Source: an uncultured virus (IMG/VR IMGVR_UViG_3300020048_000041)
Lineage: Duplodnaviria; Heunggongvirae; Uroviricota; Caudoviricetes
Reading direction: 5' to 3' (one strand)
DNA: 64,000 nucleotides
IMG/VR virus record: IMGVR_UViG_3300020048_000041
The position numbers and the translations under genes are program-made. Below are positions 58,316 to 64,000 of the stretch, piece after piece; within the stretch, counting starts at the first letter, position 1, and the number at the start of each line of letters is the position of its first letter. A model generated the notes under the pieces. The model did no database searches. It saw only the letters and a program-made list of their open reading frames with translations, and was not told the DNA's origin.

Positions 58316-59217
58316 AATTTAGCTCTGTTTTTAAATTCAGTTGTAGTTATTTTAACTAATTTATCAGATATCTTCATAACGATACCCTCTAAATTTTTAC
58401 CAATCATATCTTTGCCTTGTATGTTTTGATGAGATATAATGTACTCAGCCAACTCATCTTTAAGTTTTTGAAGCATAGCCTTTACCGCTAACTTTTCTTC
58501 TTTATCTGCGGCTTTTCTGCTGTTGATAATTTCAATCGTTCTATCTGTGATTGAATCAAGAGGACTAATAAATCCAGAAATATCAATCTCTTTCATTTTT
58601 AATGTTGGATCAAGAACCTTAATTGAATCGCTTGAAGTAGCATAAAGCGCCTTGAGTATTTCTGCTTCATCAGGATGAGTTTCACCGGTTGATGATACTA
58701 AAACTTTCAAAGGAAATAATGTCATTAAAGAACCCAGTTTAGATTTGTCATATTTGACAGACACAAACTGAATCCAATCATTTTCTTGTTTACCCAATGG
58801 ATTATATAGCGTTTCTACGACAACCTTTGAATCGGTAGGTAAAACGGCGGCAAATTTACTTGATTTAAAATGCTCAAGAACGTCATCATAATGTGCCGAG
58901 CGTTCAAGCACAATAGGATCGGTAACGCCTTTAGATTTATTGAATGAAGTGAACGCGCCTGAATCAAAAATTGGACCAGAACGTGAAGACTCAACGTATA
59001 TTTTACCGGCGTCATTTTTACCTACTCTGAAACCAAATCCATCCACTTTAAGCGCTACCGGTATGTTCTTAAGTTTACCTTTGAGTTCAGATTTAACTGA
59101 ACGCATAAAATTAATAAACTCAACATCCTTCATTCCTTGAAGATGGATAATAGATTCACGACTGGTAGCAACAACTGCTTCGTCTAATTTTGCTCTAAGT
59201 TGACTAAATGTAATCAT
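58312..59217 (-). CDS. ATP-dependent ligase-fold (RNA-ligase-like) protein, probably head-packaged
   Basis: KVDG (motif I), EGIV (motif IV), downstream K (motif V); leader MITFSQL..KLDE. Confidence 0.6.
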   Translation of the reverse strand: MITFSQLRAKLDEAVVATSRESIIHLQGMKDVEFINFMRSVKSELKGKLKNIPVALKVDGFGFRVGKNDAGKIYVESSRSGPIFDSGAFTSFNKSKGVTDPIVLERSAHYDDVLEHFKSSKFAAVLPTDSKVVVETLYNPLGKQENDWIQFVSVKYDKSKLGSLMTLFPLKVLVSSTGETHPDEAEILKALYATSSDSIKVLDPTLKMKEIDISGFISPLDSITDRTIEIINSRKAADKEEKLAVKAMLQKLKDELAEYIISHQNIQGKDMIGKNLEGIVMKISDKLVKITTTEFKNRAKL

Positions 59218-59218
59218 A

Positions 59219-60307
59219 TTACACCTTGTAATTTTTATAGTAATCAGCAATCATCTGTTTGTATTTGTCTAGATTGATATTAGCTTGTTGAGAGAAATAA
59301 TAAACTCCAGGAAACTTCTCATCATAATCACCTAAAGGATTTCCTTTAACGATTCCTTGAGCGCCTTTGCCAAACAATCTTTCAACATAATCGTCAAAAA
59401 TTTCAGCAATTTGTGCATGTGATTTATATTGTTTAACCAGTTTCACTAAGCCTATAAACGATTTCATACTTTCGATATCGGCTTTAGTAGCCTTTTTTTC
59501 AAAATAGATATCAAAAATTGTTTCAAGTTCAGTATGGATTACAGAATCTTTAGCATCAATTTCATCATACACAGGTTTACCGTTTTGCATAACGATATTC
59601 CCAGCATCATCTAAATGCGGAACGTAACGGAGTCTCAAGCCTTTTTGAACAGAGAATGCTAACTTAGTCTTATCAGTTTCTTTAGGCTTTCTGGTTTTAC
59701 CTGTAAGAATAATGATTGGCTCTTTTTTATCTGCTGCTAAACTTTGCATCAAGAATTTATGATGTAAGCCTTTAATTCCTTCAACGATATCTGTCCAAGA
59801 TGATGAATGAGAAAAATTACTCCATTCTGTTGGTTTACCGTTTTTAAAGTCAACCAATTCAAAATCAATCTGAATATTAATATCAAACTGTTTAGAGTAC
59901 CATAATGAAATAAATTGACCAGCAGAATTTTTATGACCGATTAAGGTAAGGTCGCCGTATGTTTGATTGACAGATTTGAGTAACCAATCTTCAATCATAG
60001 GCGTTAATAGAACGTCTGCTTGAGTATCAATATCACCGACAGATTTCTTTTTAGAAGAAAACAGGTTTGAATCGATATGTTTTAAATCGAAAAAGTGAAA
60101 CGCTGAACCAGATAAAAATTCTTTTGATTTAAGTAACTTTGCGTCCCATAAAGGTAAGCCGTTCATTTTAGTGAATGCTGCAGACATTTTATGGAGTGCG
60201 TCATCAAGGACAGGTACAATGTCGTCACGTTTTATTTTTGAGAGGTCGATACGTTCTGCGGAAATGTCACCAATAGATACATTTCCGCCTTCGAATAAAT
60301 AATCCAT
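59219..60307 (-). CDS. Pol-beta-superfamily nucleotidyltransferase-like protein, probably head-packaged
   Basis: LFE-GGN N-terminus; LSGS...GDID and QIDF triad; KG..HK. Confidence 0.6.
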   Translation of the reverse strand: MDYLFEGGNVSIGDISAERIDLSKIKRDDIVPVLDDALHKMSAAFTKMNGLPLWDAKLLKSKEFLSGSAFHFFDLKHIDSNLFSSKKKSVGDIDTQADVLLTPMIEDWLLKSVNQTYGDLTLIGHKNSAGQFISLWYSKQFDINIQIDFELVDFKNGKPTEWSNFSHSSSWTDIVEGIKGLHHKFLMQSLAADKKEPIIILTGKTRKPKETDKTKLAFSVQKGLRLRYVPHLDDAGNIVMQNGKPVYDEIDAKDSVIHTELETIFDIYFEKKATKADIESMKSFIGLVKLVKQYKSHAQIAEIFDDYVERLFGKGAQGIVKGNPLGDYDEKFPGVYYFSQQANINLDKYKQMIADYYKNYKV

Positions 60308-60374
60308 TTTAATTCTCTTATGTTAAGTGTGTAGGAGACGATATATTCATTATCGTGTTTATTATATTTAGGCT

Positions 60375-61715
60375 TTATTGTATAATAATATACAACGCGC
60401 TTGTAGATGTTATTTTCTTAGATGAGAAATAGCAAAACTTCATATTTTCTTCAAAATCTTGTTCATTTTTAGGTAAAACCAAAAAGCTGTAAAGGAAAGA
60501 GATTAAATTGATAAATCTATTTTTGGTTAATGGTGTTCCAGAATCTATTATAGATAAAGCATCAGCATAACTATGGATTGTATTTGACAGTCTAGGATAC
60601 TTATTAAACAATTCCTGTAGTTCATGTTTAGCCGTTTCATAAGCCGCCGCGCTAACCTTACCATTTCTTAAGGAATAGTTAAATTTGTTTTTAATATGAG
60701 CTGGGTAATCTTTAGCATCAACAGCGCCTAACTGGAAACCTGCTCCATTAAATCTTGATTCTAATGAAACGTTTAACGTAGATGCTGATGCTTTAAATCC
60801 ACATCTAACAAGGAATCCAGAATTTGTATGAATTATGAAGTTGGCAAAGGTATCAGATAAATCAACTTTGCTAAATTTAAAGTCGTATTCCAATTTTGAG
60901 TTCAACAACTCATTTGGATCAGTAACACTTAATTTGGCAGAATCTTTTGTAATTTGTTTCAACGAAATAGGAATAACATTTCTTTCCTGAAACGCTACCG
61001 CTAAATTGGTATTCAGTTCTTCAATACTATCCACGTTATAGACTGCGTGTAAATTAAAGCCGGCTTTAATCATCCATACGTCAGCTGGGTTCCAATTATC
61101 GTTAGCTTTCTTAGATAATTTTCTGGCTGTAGCGTATAGATCTTTTGTGTATTTACCGGACTGTCTTTCGTAGGTGTAACCGCCTGTGTGAAGGAATTTT
61201 TTCAATTCAAGAGTTTGCTTCAAAGCGCTTGAGTAATATAACGGGTTGTACAAATCTACAAACTTAGCATCTAATTTACCTACCACATCGTCTTCAGATA
61301 AAATTTTATTATCTTCTATAGCAGACTCAAACATATACATACTGATTAATTCTTTCAATTCAGTCAATAAGTTTGTGTTACTTTTGGCATTTTTGCTGTA
61401 GTGATTGAATAGGGTATTTAGTGATGACGCGCTACCGGTAACGAGTAAAATTTTGTTTGTAGCATCTTGTAAGGCAATTTGGTCTGTACCAGAATTTATC
61501 TGTAAAATGTTATCTGGTGTTTTATCTTTATCTGCTATTTTAAAAATACTTTTTCCTGGCACGTATCCAATGTTTGTGAATTGGCTTGCCATTGTCCCAC
61601 TTAGTTTATCTTTTAAAACTAATTCATGACCTGTACCGTATTTCGTTGCCGCACCTACTATGGTGGCTTCTAATAATGAATCTAGACCAGATCTAAAATC
61701 TTTAAATGTTAACAT
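60375..61715 (-). CDS. Restriction-endonuclease-fold-like protein, probably head-packaged
   Basis: Leader MLTFKDF...LLE; E...WNPADVW...IPISLK resembles PD-(D/E/S)xK. Confidence 0.5.
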   Translation of the reverse strand: MLTFKDFRSGLDSLLEATIVGAATKYGTGHELVLKDKLSGTMASQFTNIGYVPGKSIFKIADKDKTPDNILQINSGTDQIALQDATNKILLVTGSASSLNTLFNHYSKNAKSNTNLLTELKELISMYMFESAIEDNKILSEDDVVGKLDAKFVDLYNPLYYSSALKQTLELKKFLHTGGYTYERQSGKYTKDLYATARKLSKKANDNWNPADVWMIKAGFNLHAVYNVDSIEELNTNLAVAFQERNVIPISLKQITKDSAKLSVTDPNELLNSKLEYDFKFSKVDLSDTFANFIIHTNSGFLVRCGFKASASTLNVSLESRFNGAGFQLGAVDAKDYPAHIKNKFNYSLRNGKVSAAAYETAKHELQELFNKYPRLSNTIHSYADALSIIDSGTPLTKNRFINLISFLYSFLVLPKNEQDFEENMKFCYFSSKKITSTSALYIIIQ

Positions 61716-61783
61716 AAAATCTCCTATTTTGATACTATTATTTAGGTGATAGATTATTTGTAAAGGCAGTGAATTTTATGCGT

Positions 61784-61807
61784 AAAAAAGCCGGCTTAAT
61801 AGCCGGC
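61784..61807 (-). terminator. Intrinsic terminator
   Basis: GCCGGC(T)/(A)GCCGGC hairpin plus T-tract. Confidence 0.7.
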
Positions 61808-61827
61808 AGACTTCGGAGAGTAATGAA

Positions 61828-62316
61828 TTAAATCATAGCAACAACAGCGTTAAATTTAGCTACAGATTCAACGATAGCTTCTTGAACGGTTAATCTTAAT
61901 TCTGGTTTCAATAAATCTAAAAACGATAACACTTTTTCAGCGGTATCAACGTTAACATTAACGCGATCGTTGTTTAAAAACACAACTTGGTAATTACCTT
62001 CAGTGTCAATAGTTTTGTACAATTGGGTACGGATATTTGATTCAAACTCAACATCGTTAGTTTCGATATCGTTATCAGCTAAGTCAACGACAGACACATT
62101 AGGAATAGCGTAGATACCAGTAGATATTCTATTATCACGTTGCCATTTCCATAAAAACGATGGAGCGCCTTTAACGCCGAAATATGCGTTAGTCAATTCA
62201 AAGTCAGTTTTAGTTAAACCAGAAACGCCCTTTGGCGAACGGTTATAAAAGGCAACTGCAACGCCTAAGTATTCGTCAGGAGTAAATTTAGCTTTAGAAG
62301 AAGTTTGGTTAGTCAT
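61828..62316 (-). CDS. Hypothetical early protein
   Basis: Start MTNQTSSK with SD GGAG. Confidence 0.75.
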   Translation of the reverse strand: MTNQTSSKAKFTPDEYLGVAVAFYNRSPKGVSGLTKTDFELTNAYFGVKGAPSFLWKWQRDNRISTGIYAIPNVSVVDLADNDIETNDVEFESNIRTQLYKTIDTEGNYQVVFLNNDRVNVNVDTAEKVLSFLDLLKPELRLTVQEAIVESVAKFNAVVAMI

Positions 62317-62393
62317 TTTATACGCTCCGGATAGTTCATTAAGGTTTAACTTCATTAGACTCTATTATACTCGGTTTTTTCCAAAAGTAAAGC
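62309..62393 (-). promoter_or_regulatory. Early promoter plus leader cassette
   Basis: Near-identical to 62749..62830 including the first codons ATGACTAA. Confidence 0.85.
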
Positions 62394-62420
62394 TTTATTT
62401 TATCTTTTTTAAAAATAATT

Positions 62421-62756
62421 TTACTCGACTTTATGTTTTAAGAAGTGGTTGATATCAGAGTAATACTTAATATCTTCTCTATCCCATGAACCGGCTTGGT
62501 AACTATCGGCATACTGTAATCTTTGTTCAGCATTTGCTTGGCGTTCAATATAATGTTCTTTACCATAAAAGCCGTATGCAACCTGTAATAAAGTGTAGGA
62601 AATATCTTCTGATACCGAATAGGTATTTTCGACCAACTTTCTAATTGCTTTATGTTCAGGGTTGAATTGGTTTTTTATAACTTCTTCAGCAGGTGTTGCT
62701 TTAAACTCAGCTGCGATTAAAGCCACTACTTCAGTCAATTTAATTTTATTAGTCAT
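62421..62756 (-). CDS. Hypothetical early protein
   Basis: 111 aa, SD GGAG. Confidence 0.75.
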   Translation of the reverse strand: MTNKIKLTEVVALIAAEFKATPAEEVIKNQFNPEHKAIRKLVENTYSVSEDISYTLLQVAYGFYGKEHYIERQANAEQRLQYADSYQAGSWDREDIKYYSDINHFLKHKVE

Positions 62757-62830
62757 TTTATACGCTCCGGATAATTCATTAAGGTTTAACTTTAGACTCT
62801 ATTATACTACTATTTTATGAAAAGTAAAGC
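62749..62830 (-). promoter_or_regulatory. Early promoter plus leader cassette
   Basis: GCTTTACTTT...TATAATAGAGTCTAAAGTTAAACCTTAATGAATTATCCGGAGCG. Confidence 0.85.
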
Positions 62831-62836
62831 TTTATT

Positions 62837-63004
62837 TTAATTATTTTCAAATTCTTTTTTACGCAAGGCAATAGTGCCACTTGCCATTAAAGAAATACCC
62901 AGTACCGCTAACCCAAAAATGTTCAGCAAAGAAACAGTAGGTTCAACATCAGTCAAACTTGATGCGCCTAACATAACCAAAAAGCCAATAATAAATCTAA
63001 TCAT
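62837..63004 (-). CDS. Small two-helix membrane protein
   Basis: MIRFIIGFLVMLGA...IFGLAVLGISLMASG. Confidence 0.7.
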   Translation of the reverse strand: MIRFIIGFLVMLGASSLTDVEPTVSLLNIFGLAVLGISLMASGTIALRKKEFENN

Positions 63005-63079
63005 TTTACACACTCCAAATATCATTAAGGTTTAACTTCATTACGATCTATTATACTCGGTTTTTATCAAAAGTAAAGC
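63005..63079 (-). promoter_or_regulatory. Early promoter plus leader cassette
   Basis: Close match to 41402..41477. Confidence 0.85.
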
Positions 63080-63105
63080 TTTTTTTAATTATTTTTAAAT
63101 TTATT

Positions 63106-63294
63106 TTATAAATCACAAAACTCATCATATGATTCATCAACTTCAACTTCAAATCCAGCGTTATCCGAGATTTCATTATAACGGGCAGTTATATCAAATT
63201 CAATCCATTTTCTAACTGTTTCAAACTCAGTAGCACCCAAAGCCGATTCAATTTTAGCGACAATATAATCAGGCAAATCTATTGTAATTTTCAT
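63106..63294 (-). CDS. Hypothetical protein (ribbon-helix-helix-like N-terminus)
   Basis: MKITIDLPD start; SD GGAG. Confidence 0.6.
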   Translation of the reverse strand: MKITIDLPDYIVAKIESALGATEFETVRKWIEFDITARYNEISDNAGFEVEVDESYDEFCDL

Positions 63295-63324
63295 TTTAAC
63301 ACTCCGGTTTATTAAATATGATTT

Positions 63325-63353
63325 ATTATAATTGTTCTGTTATTAAATGTCAA
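63325..63353 (-). promoter_or_regulatory. Consensus sigma70 promoter
   Basis: TTGACA-N17-TATAAT. Confidence 0.8.
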
Positions 63354-63574
63354 GCACTTTTGTAAATTTATCTACGGTATAATACGAGCAACCACCAAAT
63401 GATATTCCATAAGAATACCAAACCGATAATTCTCCGTCAATAATAGATTCAATTTTATTTTTTTTAGTTGATACTACTTTACCGACAAGTGGTTTTTGAA
63501 CCACCAAAATCATACGATACAGTTAACCCAACAACAAAATTAACATCTTTTTTCATCATTTCTAATACAGGCAT
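63343..63574 (-). pseudogene. Frameshifted early gene
   Basis: Stops after 31 codons; removing one A from the run at 63493..63497 restores a 76-aa ORF filling the gap. Confidence 0.5.
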
Positions 63575-63576
63575 TT

Positions 63577-63646
63577 TCAACTCCAATTTAATTACGGTTT
63601 AACTTCATTAGACTCTATTATACTTGATTATTTCTAAAAGTAAAGC
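63577..63646 (-). promoter_or_regulatory. Early promoter plus leader cassette
   Basis: GCTTTACTTT...TATAATAGAGTCTAATGAAGTTAAACCGTAATTAAATTGGAG. Confidence 0.85.
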
Positions 63647-63681
63647 TTTATTTTAATTATTTTTAAATTATTTTTAGGCGC

Positions 63682-63706
63682 AAAAAAGCCGACAATTAAG
63701 CCGGCT
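63682..63706 (-). terminator. Intrinsic terminator
   Basis: AGCCG...CGGCT hairpin plus T-tract. Confidence 0.75.
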
Positions 63707-63712
63707 AATTCA

Positions 63713-64000
63713 TCACGCAAATTTACTATTAATGAAGTTTAAAATCTTTTCTTGGTCAGAGAAGTTTTCATTTTTGAATTCAGTAATTAAATCCATATAG
63801 TCAAAGTTGCCTAGGATATTGCTAATCTTAGTATCCTTAGACTTTAAAAACTGCTCGGGTTGGTTACTACCGCGTTCATCATATCGACTTTGCAAGGTAG
63901 CCTTATCAGCAGAAATAACCAAAATATCAAATTGAGTATTAGGTAAGCTAGAAAAGAAGTCGTACGACTTCTGACCGGTAAGCCTATCGCCCTCAAACAT
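63713..64000 (-). CDS. C-terminal part of a P-loop nucleotide-kinase-like protein (probably starts outside the window)
   Basis: FEGDRL and R...RGSNQ.E.FLK...TK motifs recalled from phage DNA-modification kinases. Confidence 0.5.
   Translation of the reverse strand: MFEGDRLTGQKSYDFFSSLPNTQFDILVISADKATLQSRYDERGSNQPEQFLKSKDTKISNILGNFDYMDLITEFKNENFSDQEKILNFINSKFA

Noticed and set aside
1..64000. Stop-codon reassignment as the cause of split genes
   Set aside because: Core genes read through intact in the standard code, TAA, TAG and TGA all end tiled genes, and both splits use TAA

Overview
AT-rich 64-kb segment of a large T4-like (myovirus) bacteriophage genome. From left to right: (i) tail-fibre and baseplate late genes on the minus strand (fibre proteins, a split DUF4815/VrlC-like giant protein, gp8, gp7, gp6, gp25, a split gp5, putative hub, gp53, gp48); (ii) a plus-strand block (gp4, gp2, gp54, gp16, gp26, gp51, gp29-like); (iii) an early region of small ORFs behind repeated promoter cassettes; (iv) replication and nucleotide genes (gp32, gp59, gp33, exonuclease, nrdA/nrdB, thyX, primase gp61) with a free-standing GIY-YIG endonuclease; (v) a late cluster of probable capsid-internal proteins and a second early region. 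The most notable observations are: a promoter plus conserved ~40-nt non-coding element in three dispersed copies, one next to an inverted pair of IHF-like sites (candidate R-loop origins or small RNA); a late operon of apparent head-packaged enzymes (nuclease-like, Pol-beta-like NTase, KxDG ligase-like, HxGH nucleotidyltransferase); two split structural genes; a ~55-aa module inserted in three baseplate proteins; and strong RCCGGY enrichment. All product calls come from motif recognition by eye, with no database search. I found no tRNA, rRNA, CRISPR array or reverse transcriptase.
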